Shown here in pieces: positions 19,786 to 29,593 of a stretch of DNA of 64,000 nt; positions within the stretch are counted from its first letter, which is position 1, and the number at the start of each line of letters is the position of its first letter. The translations under genes were made by a program, and so were the position numbers. The notes below the pieces were generated by a model. The model searched no databases, was not told where the DNA came from, and saw only the letters and a list, made by a program, of their open reading frames with translations. The stretch spans positions 184,547-248,546 of the forward strand of contig CAZRWP010000001.1 in assembly GCA_964603945.1 (NCBI GenBank), in the 5' to 3' direction. This stretch comes from an uncultured Pseudomonadales bacterium (GTDB taxonomy: Bacteria > Patescibacteriota > Microgenomatia > UBA1400 > UBA1396).

Positions 19786-20222
19786 GCTTGCACTGAACCG
19801 CCAGCTTTTTCAATTGCTTTGAGTACAGGCTGAGAAGTTTCCACTCCCTCAACCTTGATGGCAGTTTCCAATGTAGTTGCCCCAATGAGGCGGATCGGAT
19901 CACGTAGGTTTGAGACTAAGCCAGCCGCTAATAAAGCTGATGGTGTCACAACTTCTAACTTGTGTTTACTGAGATCAGCTAATTGAACTTCCTGACGATT
20001 ATGCAAAGGTTTCAAACGGCCTTTACCACGTTGCCAAGGCAAACGTCGGATTAAAGGTAGTTGACCACCTTCAAACCACAAAGGCACAATTCCACCACTG
20101 CGGGATCGCTGACCTTTTTGACCACTGCCGGAGGTGTGACCACCACGCTTACTGCCATAGCCACGACCAGCTCGGCGCTGAGGCATTTGTTTGATGGCTT
20201 GTAATTTATTCAGCAAACTCAT
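19782..20222 (-). CDS. rplO: 50S ribosomal protein L15
   Basis: GRGYGS, GQKGQRSRSG, FEGGQLPLIRRLP. Confidence 0.97.
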   Translation of the reverse strand: MSLLNKLQAIKQMPQRRAGRGYGSKRGGHTSGSGQKGQRSRSGGIVPLWFEGGQLPLIRRLPWQRGKGRLKPLHNRQEVQLADLSKHKLEVVTPSALLAAGLVSNLRDPIRLIGATTLETAIKVEGVETSQPVLKAIEKAGGSVQA

Positions 20223-20230
20223 GTTGTACC

Positions 20231-21022
20231 TTACTTTGTTTCTTCCGCTTTGGCTGGTTTGTCAGCTTTCTCAGCTGGCTTGTCAGCTTTCTTGGCCGGT
20301 TTAGCTGTTGATTTAGCTGGCTTGGCGGGTTCAGCTTTTTTGTCAGCAGGTTTGGCGGCTGGTTTATCAGCCTTCTTGTCAGATTTTTTAGCTGGTTTAT
20401 TAGCTGGTTTGTCAGCTTTCTTAGCAGTTTGGGCGCTTTCATCGGCGGCGGCTTTATCGGCGGCGGCCTTCTGCTGAGCTTCGCGCTGGAGCTCGCGCTC
20501 TTTCTGGCGCTCTTCTTCCTCTTCTTGAGCAATTGATTTAAGCTGAATGCCTTTTACATCAACAATCTGACGAATTTTTTGCAAGGCAATAAAAGTAGTA
20601 TAAACATTTGAAGCTTTATTATCTGTACCCAGAATTTTGCTTGAGATATCACGAATGCCGGCCGCTTCAACTACAGCTCTGACCGGTCCGCCAGCAATAA
20701 CTCCTGATCCTGATGGCGCAGGCTTGAGCATAATGCGAGAAGCACCACTCTTCACTTCAATCGGGAAAGGAATTGTTGAACCATCCATCGGCACCATTAA
20801 CATGCGTTTTTTGGCTTTGCGAGCACCCTTGCGAATTGCACTCAAAACATCAGGTGCTTTACCTAGACCAACGCCGACTTTTCCTTGTCGGTCACCGACC
20901 ACCATCAACACGGCGAAACCCATTTTGTTTCCACCTTTAGTTTTTTTGGATACGCGGTTAACTTGGACGACTTTCTCGTCAAAGTTGCTGTCACTGCCGC
21001 GGCGATCATTTCCTCTGGCCAT
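20231..21022 (-). CDS. rpsE: 30S ribosomal protein S5 with a long KKADKPA-repeat tail
   Basis: VNRVSKKTKGG, VVGDRQGKVG, GVIAGGPVRAV. Confidence 0.97.
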   Translation of the reverse strand: MARGNDRRGSDSNFDEKVVQVNRVSKKTKGGNKMGFAVLMVVGDRQGKVGVGLGKAPDVLSAIRKGARKAKKRMLMVPMDGSTIPFPIEVKSGASRIMLKPAPSGSGVIAGGPVRAVVEAAGIRDISSKILGTDNKASNVYTTFIALQKIRQIVDVKGIQLKSIAQEEEEERQKERELQREAQQKAAADKAAADESAQTAKKADKPANKPAKKSDKKADKPAAKPADKKAEPAKPAKSTAKPAKKADKPAEKADKPAKAEETK

Positions 21023-21027
21023 ATTGG

Positions 21028-21387
21028 TTATACCTCAATTCCTTCTTCACGAAGCGTCTCTGCCACCGCTTTAACGCGGCCATGATACTTGTTGGCACCA
21101 CGATCAAAAGCGGCTTTAGTAATTTTGGCTTTTTTCATAGCTTTCGCTAGATCTTTAGCCACTACAACTGTACGCTCTGTTTTTGTACCGGCAATTGACT
21201 TGGATTTACCGAGATCACTCACGGCTGTTAAAGTCTTGCCCTGCTCATCATCAATTACTTGAATCTGAATATGCTTGTTTGAACGATAAACACTAATCCT
21301 AGGCTGAGCAGAAGTTCCGGACATTTTTGACCGGACTCGTCGTGCTCTTTTAACCTGGCGTAGTTTTTGTTTTTGAACGTAATTCAT
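21028..21387 (-). CDS. rplR: 50S ribosomal protein L18
   Basis: PRISVYRSNKHI, FDRGANKYHGRVKA. Confidence 0.97.
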   Translation of the reverse strand: MNYVQKQKLRQVKRARRVRSKMSGTSAQPRISVYRSNKHIQIQVIDDEQGKTLTAVSDLGKSKSIAGTKTERTVVVAKDLAKAMKKAKITKAAFDRGANKYHGRVKAVAETLREEGIEV

Positions 21388-21396
21388 GTTTTCCTT

Positions 21397-21936
21397 TTAG
21401 GCGGCAGTGGCCTTACCTTGCTTACGGCGAACCTGCTCACCTTCGTAACGAATACCTTTGCCCCTGTAAGGCTCCGGTGGTCGGAACTTGCGAATATCAG
21501 CGGCTACTTGGCCTACCAGTTGTTTATCAATACCTTGAACAATCACAATATTATTACCTTCAAGACTTAAAGTTATTCCTGGCACGGCTGGAATTTCAAC
21601 CGGATGAGAAAAACCTAAGGTCATACTAATTCCGGCGCCTTTCATCGAAGCGCGATAACCAGTTCCGACTAATTCTAATCGTTTGGTGAATCCTTCTGAG
21701 ACACCTTCAACTAAATTCTGGATCAGACTGCGGGCCAGACCATGATTGGCTCTGGCTTGACGTGAATTATTAGTTCGAGCAACGTTAACTTCGCCCTCAG
21801 CTATATCAAGACTGGTGAAAGTTGGCAGATCCAGCTTAAGCTCACCTTTTGATCCGCGAACTACCACGGTTTTGTCCTGGAGTTCAACGGTTACGCCGCT
21901 AGGAATAGTGATGGGTGTGCGTCCAATTCGTGACAT
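21397..21936 (-). CDS. rplF: 50S ribosomal protein L6
   Basis: MSRIGRTPI start at 21936; RPPEPYRGKGIRY. Confidence 0.97.
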   Translation of the reverse strand: MSRIGRTPITIPSGVTVELQDKTVVVRGSKGELKLDLPTFTSLDIAEGEVNVARTNNSRQARANHGLARSLIQNLVEGVSEGFTKRLELVGTGYRASMKGAGISMTLGFSHPVEIPAVPGITLSLEGNNIVIVQGIDKQLVGQVAADIRKFRPPEPYRGKGIRYEGEQVRRKQGKATAA

Positions 21937-21943
21937 ATAATCC

Positions 21944-22333
21944 TTACCAAATACTGAACAGTACCTCTCCGCCAACATTGACTTTCTTGGCTTGTGTAAC
22001 AGTCATTATTCCTTTAGAAGTTGAGATGATTGAAGTTCCGTAGCCAGATAGCACCCGAGGCAGTTTGTCGGCTGTCCGGTAAATACGCTGACCAGATTTA
22101 GACACGCGCTTAACGTTAGTTAAAGCAGAACGTCCGTCAATGTAGCGCATTTTCAGCACCAGTACATCTTGAGGCGGAATTGGCTCACGGGTAACATCAG
22201 CTAAATATCCTTCCTGAACCAGTAATTCGGCGATTTGTTCACGCAGTTTCGAAGCTGGTAAACGCACCTCATCCTTGTGGGCCAGGTAGGCATTTTTAAT
22301 TTGAATAATCATGTCGGCTATAGTGTCTGTCAT
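21944..22333 (-). CDS. rpsH: 30S ribosomal protein S8
   Basis: MTDTIADMI, STSKGIMT, GGEVL. Confidence 0.97.
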   Translation of the reverse strand: MTDTIADMIIQIKNAYLAHKDEVRLPASKLREQIAELLVQEGYLADVTREPIPPQDVLVLKMRYIDGRSALTNVKRVSKSGQRIYRTADKLPRVLSGYGTSIISTSKGIMTVTQAKKVNVGGEVLFSIW

Positions 22334-22340
22334 ATTAATC

Positions 22341-22526
22341 TTAGAAGCTGGATTTTACTAAACCAGGCAGTTCTCCTTTATGAGCTAAATCACGCATGCA
22401 TAAGCGGCAAAGGCCAAAGTGGCGGTAGTAGCCGCGGGAACGGCCGCACAATTGACAGCGATTAACGCTCCGGGTAGAGTGGTCTCGCAGTTTTAGTGCT
22501 TTAGCGATTCTTGATTTCTTAGCCAT
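22341..22526 (-). CDS. rpsN: 30S ribosomal protein S14 (zinc-binding type Z)
   Basis: 61 aa, RCQLCGR...GLCRLC, GELPG. Confidence 0.97.
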   Translation of the reverse strand: MAKKSRIAKALKLRDHSTRSVNRCQLCGRSRGYYRHFGLCRLCMRDLAHKGELPGLVKSSF

Positions 22527-22530
22527 GCTT

Positions 22531-23079
22531 TTACTCCTCTTTCCTGAAGGGCATTCCGAGTTTTTCTAATAATTCAAATGATTCTTCACGAGAGTCGGCA
22601 TTTTGAACGGTCATGACGACTTGTAAGCCGCGCACTCGGTCGATTTCATCGTAAACAATCTCTGGGAAGATAATTTGTTCAGTTAAACCAAGGGTGTAGT
22701 TTCCGGCTTGATCAAAAGCGGTTCTTGAAACACCACTAAAATCCTTAACCTGAGGCAGAGCCAGTGATACCAACTTGTCAAAGAAGTCCCACATGCGGTC
22801 GCCGCGCAAAGTAACAGCCACACCAACGGGATCGCCTTCACGAAGCTTGAAACTAGCAATCGACATCCGAGCTGAGGTGACGTGTGAACGCTGACCAGTC
22901 ATTTTAGTAAGCTGAGTCATAACGGCATCAGCTGACTGCTGACGGTTAGATTCACTTCCCACACCCACATTCACGGTAATCTTGACCAACTTGGCCACCG
23001 CGAAAGGATTTTCTTTGCCGAACTTAGCCATTAAGGCTGGGACGACTTCCTGCTGATAGAGTTGTTTTTTACGGTTCAT
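22531..23079 (-). CDS. rplE: 50S ribosomal protein L5
   Basis: [28 protein letters not shown]. Confidence 0.97.
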   Translation of the reverse strand: MNRKKQLYQQEVVPALMAKFGKENPFAVAKLVKITVNVGVGSESNRQQSADAVMTQLTKMTGQRSHVTSARMSIASFKLREGDPVGVAVTLRGDRMWDFFDKLVSLALPQVKDFSGVSRTAFDQAGNYTLGLTEQIIFPEIVYDEIDRVRGLQVVMTVQNADSREESFELLEKLGMPFRKEE

Positions 23080-23378
23080 ATTGTTTTACCTGTTTTTGCA
23101 AAGACACGGACTTTGTCGCCATCTTTGACTTCATAGCGGACGCGATCGCGCGCCTGAGCTGAGTCGTTCCAAATAGCAATTTTAGCGGTCGACATTGGGC
23201 GCTCCAGTCGGACTCGTTCGCCTGTTTGACCACCCATCGGCTTGCGATGGCGGGTGTACATGTTTGCACCCTGAACCACAACCTTGTTCTGGTCAGGTAG
23301 TACACGGATAATTTTGGCACGTGTGCCCTTATCCTTGCCGGCGGTTACGATGACTTCGTCACCAACTTTAAATTTCAT
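23076..23378 (-). CDS. rplX: 50S ribosomal protein L24
   Basis: KOW motif GDEVIVTAGKDKG. Confidence 0.96.
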   Translation of the reverse strand: MKFKVGDEVIVTAGKDKGTRAKIIRVLPDQNKVVVQGANMYTRHRKPMGGQTGERVRLERPMSTAKIAIWNDSAQARDRVRYEVKDGDKVRVFAKTGKTI

Positions 23379-23380
23379 AA

Positions 23381-23755
23381 CTATAAGACCTCTGGAGCGA
23401 GAGACGCTATTTTAGCATAACCCGCATCTTTTACCTCACGCGCTATCGGACCAAATACCCGAGTTCCGCGTGGCACTTTATTATCGATCGCTTCAATTAG
23501 GACAGCCGCATTATCATCAAAGCGAATGTAACTGCCATCAGAACGACGTACTTCTTTTTTAGTACGCACTACCACAGCTTTTACTTTTTCACCTTTTTTA
23601 ATGGCGGCATTAGGCTGAGCGGAAATAACTGAAGCAGTAACTACATCAGCCACTGAACCAAATGGATGCTTAGATTTTCCATGGACCAAGATTACCCGCA
23701 AGCGCTTTGCGCCAGAGTTATCGGCTACCCGTAGGACTGACAGAAGTTGAATCAT
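23381..23755 (-). CDS. rplN: 50S ribosomal protein L14
   Basis: [24 protein letters not shown]. Confidence 0.98.
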   Translation of the reverse strand: MIQLLSVLRVADNSGAKRLRVILVHGKSKHPFGSVADVVTASVISAQPNAAIKKGEKVKAVVVRTKKEVRRSDGSYIRFDDNAAVLIEAIDNKVPRGTRVFGPIAREVKDAGYAKIASLAPEVL

Positions 23756-23764
23756 ATTTCCTCT

Positions 23765-24001
23765 TTAGGCTTCCTTTTTCTCAGTAATCATAAAGTTCTT
23801 GCGCTTGCTGACTGGTGGGCAACTGGTTAAAGTTACTTCATCACCAACCGCGACCGTAATTTCGGCCGGCACATGCGCCAGATAGTTTTTAGTACGTTTT
23901 ACGAATTTCTTATACACCGGGTGCTTCCAGCGGCGCGCCACTTCAACTTTGGCGGTTCGCTCATCATTCACGCGGATTACAATTCCTTGTAGTTGTTTCA
24001 T
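23765..24001 (-). CDS. rpsQ: 30S ribosomal protein S17
   Basis: HPVYKK, GDEV, PVSKRK; expected synteny. Confidence 0.95.
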   Translation of the reverse strand: MKQLQGIVIRVNDERTAKVEVARRWKHPVYKKFVKRTKNYLAHVPAEITVAVGDEVTLTSCPPVSKRKNFMITEKKEA

Positions 24002-24005
24002 AGTT

Positions 24006-24224
24006 TTACTCCGACTTCTCCACTAATTCGCGGCGGCGAAGTTCTGCCTTAATCAGCTTGATTTGTTTACGGGCTTTATATGCTTTCTTAATATCGACTT
24101 TAGTGCGATCCTGCAAAAGTCTCTCTTGGCGGGCTCGAATGAGTTCCACTTGCAGTTCGCGCAGTTTTTTATTCATCTCGTCCTGAGACAAAGCTAAGAG
24201 TGCTTGCCGATCATTCTTTTTCAT
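24006..24224 (-). CDS. rpmC: 50S ribosomal protein L29
   Basis: 72-aa helical basic protein between rplP and rpsQ. Confidence 0.85.
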   Translation of the reverse strand: MKKNDRQALLALSQDEMNKKLRELQVELIRARQERLLQDRTKVDIKKAYKARKQIKLIKAELRRRELVEKSE

Positions 24225-24226
24225 AT

Positions 24227-24640
24227 TTAGTTTTCTTCCTTCATGATGAATTGAGTCTTCATCGGAATCTTATGACCGGCTTTGCGGAAAGCTTCGCGGG
24301 CAATTTCTTCAGGTACACCAGTTAATTCAAAAATTATCCGTCCTGGCTTAATCTTGACGACATATTCATGAATATCGCCTTTGCCGGAGCCCATTTTAAC
24401 GCCAACCGCTTTTTTGGTTACCGGATGATCAGGGAAGACGCGAATCCACATCTTACCGATACGTTTGGTCGACTGAGAAATCACTTTACGAGCGGCTTCA
24501 ATCTGGCGGGCAGTCAGCTCACCACGAGTGGTAGCCTGAATGCCAAACTTACCAAAATCAATGTTCTGGCCACGAGTGGCATTGCCACGGTTCTTGCCTC
24601 TAAACTGCTTGCGGTATTTTGATTTCTTAGGTTGTAACAT
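24227..24640 (-). CDS. rplP: 50S ribosomal protein L16
   Basis: MLQPKKSKYRKQFRG, WIRVFPD, MGSGKG. Confidence 0.98.
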   Translation of the reverse strand: MLQPKKSKYRKQFRGKNRGNATRGQNIDFGKFGIQATTRGELTARQIEAARKVISQSTKRIGKMWIRVFPDHPVTKKAVGVKMGSGKGDIHEYVVKIKPGRIIFELTGVPEEIAREAFRKAGHKIPMKTQFIMKEEN

Positions 24641-24642
24641 AT

Positions 24643-25317
24643 TTATTTCTCGTTATTTTTAGCTTGATTAACCTCACCTTTGTTGATCCAAACTTTAATT
24701 CCAACCAAACCTGATTTAGTTAAAGCTGGTGATTCGTAATAATCAATTTCAGCACGCAGAGTTTGAGTTGGCACAGTGCCTTCGGAATGCTTTTCCTGAC
24801 GGGCAATTTCGCCGCCACCCAAACGACCGGAAAGCTGGATTTTAACACCTTTGGCTCCGGCATTCATGACTCTTTCCAGAGCTTGTGAAACAGCGCGGCG
24901 GAAGGGGTATCGCTTTACTAATTGATCAGCAATCCGCTCAGCCACAAATTTAGATGACAAATCAGGCTGTTTGACTTCCACAATTTCATCAATGGACACT
25001 CTGATTCCTTTAGGATCACGGGGATTAATCTTTAAGAGCCGGGCTAATTGATTCTTCAATTCTTCCAGGTTTGATCCGCCGCGGCCGATAACCACACCAG
25101 GGCGGCTAACGTGCAAACGAATCTTAATGGCATTGATCGAACGCTCAATTTCAATGCGGTCTAAGCCGGCATTGCTGAGCTTTTTCTCAAAAAAGTCACG
25201 AATCAACTTATCCTCAAGCACCCGTTGTGAATAGGTCTTGGAATTGGCGTACCAGGTGGATTTCCAGTTAAAGGTGTTGCCGATACGGAAGCCGGTTGGA
25301 TGTACTTTTTGTCCCAT
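24643..25317 (-). CDS. rpsC: 30S ribosomal protein S3
   Basis: MGQKVHPTGFR, RPGVVIGRGG, SGRLGGGEIAR. Confidence 0.98.
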   Translation of the reverse strand: MGQKVHPTGFRIGNTFNWKSTWYANSKTYSQRVLEDKLIRDFFEKKLSNAGLDRIEIERSINAIKIRLHVSRPGVVIGRGGSNLEELKNQLARLLKINPRDPKGIRVSIDEIVEVKQPDLSSKFVAERIADQLVKRYPFRRAVSQALERVMNAGAKGVKIQLSGRLGGGEIARQEKHSEGTVPTQTLRAEIDYYESPALTKSGLVGIKVWINKGEVNQAKNNEK

Positions 25318-25320
25318 AGG

Positions 25321-25875
25321 TTATTTCTTTGTCTCTTTTTTACTGGCCGATTTAGCGGCTGTAGATGATTTTGCGTTTTTTGTTTTAGCAGTTGTTTTAG
25401 CTTTTGGTTTAGCTTTAGAGTCAACTTCTGTCTTAGGGTCTGATTTAGGTAAAGATTTTTCTTTGGTTGACTCTGCTTTAGTGGCAGACTTAGCCTCTGG
25501 CTTGGTGGCTGGCTCAGCTTTGGACTCAGTTTTAACCTCAGTTTCTGGTGACTCCAGCTCAACTACTACGTGAGAGGTTCGTAAAACGTAGGGTTTGGCC
25601 TGGCCACGAGCACCAGCACGGAAGCGACGGAACTTTGGTCCTTCATTAATCATCAAAGTCTTAAGAACTAAAGTGTCCTCTGGTAAGCCAAGGTTATTAA
25701 CAGCGTTAGCAACGGCTTGACGAATAGTCTCGTTAATTACCTGAGCGCCACGCTTATTTAAGCTAGACAAAATCAGATTGGTCTCAGCTAGATCCTTGCC
25801 ACGAACTGTATCGGCAACTAACCGTAACTTACGGGGAGTAATCCAACTGGTAGATTGTTTGGCTTTAATAATCAT
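25321..25875 (-). CDS. rplV: 50S ribosomal protein L22 with a Lys/Thr/Ala-rich tail
   Basis: PRKLRLVADTVRG, AVANA, RTSHV. Confidence 0.96.
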   Translation of the reverse strand: MIIKAKQSTSWITPRKLRLVADTVRGKDLAETNLILSSLNKRGAQVINETIRQAVANAVNNLGLPEDTLVLKTLMINEGPKFRRFRAGARGQAKPYVLRTSHVVVELESPETEVKTESKAEPATKPEAKSATKAESTKEKSLPKSDPKTEVDSKAKPKAKTTAKTKNAKSSTAAKSASKKETKK

Positions 25876-25883
25876 ATTTATCC

Positions 25884-26168
25884 TTATGTCTTGGCTAAGA
25901 TCCGTTTCACCATCTTTCCATGACCATGGAAGGTTCGAGTTGGGGCGAACTCGCCCAAACGGTGACCAACCATTTCTTCAGAGATATAAACTTCAATAAA
26001 TTTACGTCCGTTATGAACCAAAAAAGTAAATCCGACAAATTCAGGCGAAATCTGAGAAGCTCTAGCCCAAGTTTTGATTGGCTGTTTTTTAGTCGCGCCA
26101 GCTTGAGCCGTTACTTTTTTCTGCAACTTCTCGTCAACGTATGGTCCTTTTTTAAGTGATCGTGACAT
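25884..26168 (-). CDS. rpsS: 30S ribosomal protein S19
   Basis: [24 protein letters not shown]. Confidence 0.98.
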   Translation of the reverse strand: MSRSLKKGPYVDEKLQKKVTAQAGATKKQPIKTWARASQISPEFVGFTFLVHNGRKFIEVYISEEMVGHRLGEFAPTRTFHGHGKMVKRILAKT

Positions 26169-26170
26169 GT

Positions 26171-27001
26171 TTACTTGACCCTTCGATCTTTAATGATCCA
26201 TTTGTTTGAATATTTCTTCTTTTTTCGAGTTTTCTTGCCGAGTGCTGGCATACCCCAAGGTGTCTTAGGATGCTTCAAACCAACACCACTTTTACCTTCA
26301 CCACCACCATGTGGGTGGGCGGCTGGGTGCATAGCTAAACCACGAACCGTTGGTCGAATACCCAAGTGGCGTTTGCGGCCAGCTTTGCCGAGTTTTCGGT
26401 TTTTGTGATCTGGGTTACCGACTTCACCAATGGTGGCTTGACAGTCAACCGGAATCAAACGGATTTCCTTTGAGGGAAGCAGAATTGTAGCATATTTATC
26501 GTCACGGCTTTGGATAACAGCGGCCACGCCAGCGCCACGGACTAATTGCGCTCCTTTGCCTGGCTTTAATTCAAGACCGTGAATTGGCATACCAACCGGA
26601 ATATTTTTAAGTGGCAAAGTGTTGCCGACTTCGAGTTCCGCTTCCGGACCAGACATCAATTGAGTACCTTCTTTAAGATTTCGAGGTGCAATTATGTACC
26701 GCTTGTCGCCATCGGCGTAATTTAACAGAGCAATATTAGCACTGCGGTTAGGATCGTACTCAATCTGGACAACTTTAGCTGGAACGCCAATCTTTTCCCG
26801 TCGCCAATCGATCATTCGATACTTGCGTCGGGCGCCGCCGCCGCGATGGCGGACAGTAATTTTACCCTGGGCATTGCGACCGTTGCGGCGGCGAGCGCCT
26901 TTGCCGGTCAATGCCTTGGTTGGCTGGTTGGCCACCAGGCTTTGCTTGTTGTCAATGCGATTTCGCTGACCTGGTGTAACTGATTTTCTTTTTACTAACA
27001 T
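26171..27001 (-). CDS. rplB: 50S ribosomal protein L2
   Basis: [26 protein letters not shown]. Confidence 0.98.
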   Translation of the reverse strand: MLVKRKSVTPGQRNRIDNKQSLVANQPTKALTGKGARRRNGRNAQGKITVRHRGGGARRKYRMIDWRREKIGVPAKVVQIEYDPNRSANIALLNYADGDKRYIIAPRNLKEGTQLMSGPEAELEVGNTLPLKNIPVGMPIHGLELKPGKGAQLVRGAGVAAVIQSRDDKYATILLPSKEIRLIPVDCQATIGEVGNPDHKNRKLGKAGRKRHLGIRPTVRGLAMHPAAHPHGGGEGKSGVGLKHPKTPWGMPALGKKTRKKKKYSNKWIIKDRRVK

Positions 27002-27012
27002 AAGGGTCCTTA

Positions 27013-27300
27013 TTATAAGTCAAACAATTCAATCTTTTGGCCGGCTGGTAAGACGGCGATAGCTTTTTTGCGAGCTGGCACGTTGCGAGTAATGCGACGA
27101 CGGCCAGTTCGTTTCTTCTCACCAGGCAAGCTGATGGTTTTTAAATCCAGCACTTTTACTTCAAAAGCGGCTTCAATCGCCTGCTTAATGGCGCGTTTGT
27201 CGGCGCTTGGGTCAACGTAAAAGGTAAAAGAATTCTCTTCTTTTGCCATTTGCAGAGACTTTTCAGTAATGACTGGTTTAATTAATACGTAAGGGTTCAT
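27013..27300 (-). CDS. rplW: 50S ribosomal protein L23
   Basis: PVITEKS, IKQAIEAAFEVKV, KKAI. Confidence 0.96.
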   Translation of the reverse strand: MNPYVLIKPVITEKSLQMAKEENSFTFYVDPSADKRAIKQAIEAAFEVKVLDLKTISLPGEKKRTGRRRITRNVPARKKAIAVLPAGQKIELFDL

Positions 27301-28169
27301 GCTGATACCTCTTTCTCGGTCTTGACCGATTTTTTGGCACTGGCAGAAGCCTTACTCTTGGTTGTTTTCTTAACAGCCCTAGTGGCTGGTTTGGCAGACT
27401 TCTTGGTCTCTTCAGATTTATCAGCTGTCTTAGTGGCTGATTTAGCGGCTGGCTTAGCTGAAGTTTTGGCGGCTGGTTTCTCAGCGGTTTTTTTAGCAGT
27501 AGGCTCAACAGCAGTTGTTTTAGCTGATTTATCAGTAGAATTCAATAATCGCTGTTCAAGTACTTCTAGGGCTTCCTTAAAGATAACCACTTTATCAGCA
27601 CTGGCAACTTCATAGGCATTTACCCTGTCAGCTCTGGTAAGTTCAACTTCTGGCAAATTAGCCGCGGCTAAACGGAACTGAGCATAATCACCAGCAATGA
27701 TGAAAAGTACGCGGTCGGTTCGGTCTTCACTAATACGCACATAAGCGTCTTGAGCTTCCTTGGTCTTACCGGTAAAACCTTTTAGACCATCAGCCAACAT
27801 AACGTTGTCGTATGAGGCAGTTATGCCAAGCGCACTACGCAGGGCGGCCGACTTCATTTTTTGTGATAGTTTCTTAGTAAAGTTTTCCTGACCAGTTGGA
27901 CCAAACACCACACCACCACCAATAAAAATGTTGCTCGTGCGGGCACCGTGACGGGCGCGGCCGGTACCTTTTTGCTTGTACCACTTGGTTTTGGTTCGGC
28001 TAACTTCACTGCGGGTTTGGACTTTAGCCCCACCCTGACGTTGATTACTGCGATAAATATAAACTGCCTGAGACAATAATTCGGGGTTAATTGGTCCAAA
28101 TAAGGCCTCATTAACCTCAACGGAAGTTGTCCGCTTAGCGCCGGTTAGGTTTACTTGTGATAATTTCAT
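27297..28169 (-). CDS. rplD: 50S ribosomal protein L4 with a Lys/Ala-rich tail
   Basis: QKGTGRARHG, GGGVVFGP. Confidence 0.97.
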   Translation of the reverse strand: MKLSQVNLTGAKRTTSVEVNEALFGPINPELLSQAVYIYRSNQRQGGAKVQTRSEVSRTKTKWYKQKGTGRARHGARTSNIFIGGGVVFGPTGQENFTKKLSQKMKSAALRSALGITASYDNVMLADGLKGFTGKTKEAQDAYVRISEDRTDRVLFIIAGDYAQFRLAAANLPEVELTRADRVNAYEVASADKVVIFKEALEVLEQRLLNSTDKSAKTTAVEPTAKKTAEKPAAKTSAKPAAKSATKTADKSEETKKSAKPATRAVKKTTKSKASASAKKSVKTEKEVSA

Positions 28170-28999
28170 GCTTGAGCCTCCTCAGCCTTAGCCGGGGCAT
28201 CCTCTTTAGGGGTTGATTCGGTTGCTTCTTCTACAATCTCCGCTGGAGCTTCTTCTACATTCTCTGCTGGAGCTTCTTCTGCGTTTTCCTCTTCAGCTGG
28301 AACTGACTGAGGTTTGATGTCTAACAACTGTGAGAGACTGGTTTCGTTAAGTTCAATTAAATTCTGGTCTGTGCCCTTGTAGAGGGTTAAGAAACCGTTG
28401 TATGAGCCCGGAAGTGAGCCCTTGATCCAGATAGTCTGTTTTTCGGGATCAATAGCCAATATAACGGCTGTCAGTAAAGTCTTGCTTTGGACACCCATGT
28501 GACCTGGCATCTTTTTGTTTTTGTAAACACGACCTGGCGTAGTACCTTGGCCAATTGATCCAGGTGCCCGTTGACGGTCTGATTGACCATGTGTACGTGG
28601 ACCACCCTTAAAACCCCAGCGCTTAACCACACCGGCAAAACCTTTACCTTTGCTAGTGCCAGTGACCTTAATCACGTCGCCGACTTCAAAAACGTCTTCG
28701 ACCTTGATTTCTTGGCCTGGCTTGAGTTCAACTTGAGTTTCAACTTCTTTGAAAATTCGCTTACCTGGTAAAATTCCGGCCTGCTCCAGCTGTTTAGCGG
28801 TTGGCTGAGGAACATTCTTAATCTTTTTATCGCCAAAAGCGATTTGGAAGCGCTTAGTGTCATTTGTGTCATCAGCCTGACCAATTGAGCGCACCACCAC
28901 ATTACCCTTCATTACCACTTCGGTAACGGGATAACGAACGCCAAGTTTGGTCCAAACTTGACGCATACCTTTTTTCTGACCGATTACTGCATTTACCAT
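28166..28999 (-). CDS. rplC: 50S ribosomal protein L3 with an acidic tail
   Basis: SKGKGFAGVVKRW, RAPGSIG, KMPGHMG. Confidence 0.97.
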   Translation of the reverse strand: MVNAVIGQKKGMRQVWTKLGVRYPVTEVVMKGNVVVRSIGQADDTNDTKRFQIAFGDKKIKNVPQPTAKQLEQAGILPGKRIFKEVETQVELKPGQEIKVEDVFEVGDVIKVTGTSKGKGFAGVVKRWGFKGGPRTHGQSDRQRAPGSIGQGTTPGRVYKNKKMPGHMGVQSKTLLTAVILAIDPEKQTIWIKGSLPGSYNGFLTLYKGTDQNLIELNETSLSQLLDIKPQSVPAEEENAEEAPAENVEEAPAEIVEEATESTPKEDAPAKAEEAQA

Positions 29000-29010
29000 G
29001 ATTACCTTAA

Positions 29011-29340
29011 TTAGTGCTTGATCTGAATTCCTACGCCTGCAGGCAGTTCAAGATGCATCAATGAGTCGATGGTCTTACCTGAGGGGTTAACAATATCGAG
29101 CACCCTAATGTGGGTGCGCATTTCAAAGTGTTCTCGTGAGTCTTCATCAGTATGAGGGGAACGAAGAACGGTAAAGTGCTTAAACTTAGTTGGCATGGGG
29201 ATCGGTCCAATTACGGAAGCTCCTGAAGCCAAAACGCTCTGCATAATTTTCCGCACCGCTTCATCCAAAATACGATGATCAAACGCCTTTAGGCGGATGC
29301 GAATTTTATTTACTGGTTGTTTCGATTGTTGTAGAGCCAT
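29011..29340 (-). CDS. rpsJ: 30S ribosomal protein S10
   Basis: [27 protein letters not shown]. Confidence 0.98.
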   Translation of the reverse strand: MALQQSKQPVNKIRIRLKAFDHRILDEAVRKIMQSVLASGASVIGPIPMPTKFKHFTVLRSPHTDEDSREHFEMRTHIRVLDIVNPSGKTIDSLMHLELPAGVGIQIKH

Positions 29341-29363
29341 AATAGTTAATTAGACAGAGTGCG

Positions 29364-29392
29364 ATTATACCCAATACCTGGCGTTCTGCCAA
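29364..29392 (-). promoter_or_regulatory. sigma70-type promoter of the S10 operon
   Basis: TTGGCA-N17-TATAAT on the minus strand. Confidence 0.7.
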
Positions 29393-29514
29393 GGGGAAAG
29401 AATACCAAATCCTGGCTCAAAGGTAAAGTTAACTGATAGTAGGGCTAGAGACAGCCGAACGTAAACTAAATTATAGCGCAAATGTAAGCGGAAAGTTAAG
29501 AGGAGATCAAGCTT

Positions 29515-29552
29515 AAATAAACGACCAGCCCCAGGCTTTCGCCCGGGGCTGG
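29515..29552 (-). terminator. intrinsic terminator after tuf
   Basis: CCAGCCCCGGGC-GAAA-GCCTGGGGCTGG stem followed by a T-rich tract on the minus strand. Confidence 0.7.
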
Positions 29553-29593
29553 CTGGATTTTTCACCTTTTGAGGCGAGAATTCTTAGGTAGTT

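Noticed and set aside
20223-20230. Missing rpmD as an assembly gap
   Set aside because: rpsE and rplO are 8 nt apart, and loss of L30 is an established CPR trait rather than a novelty.
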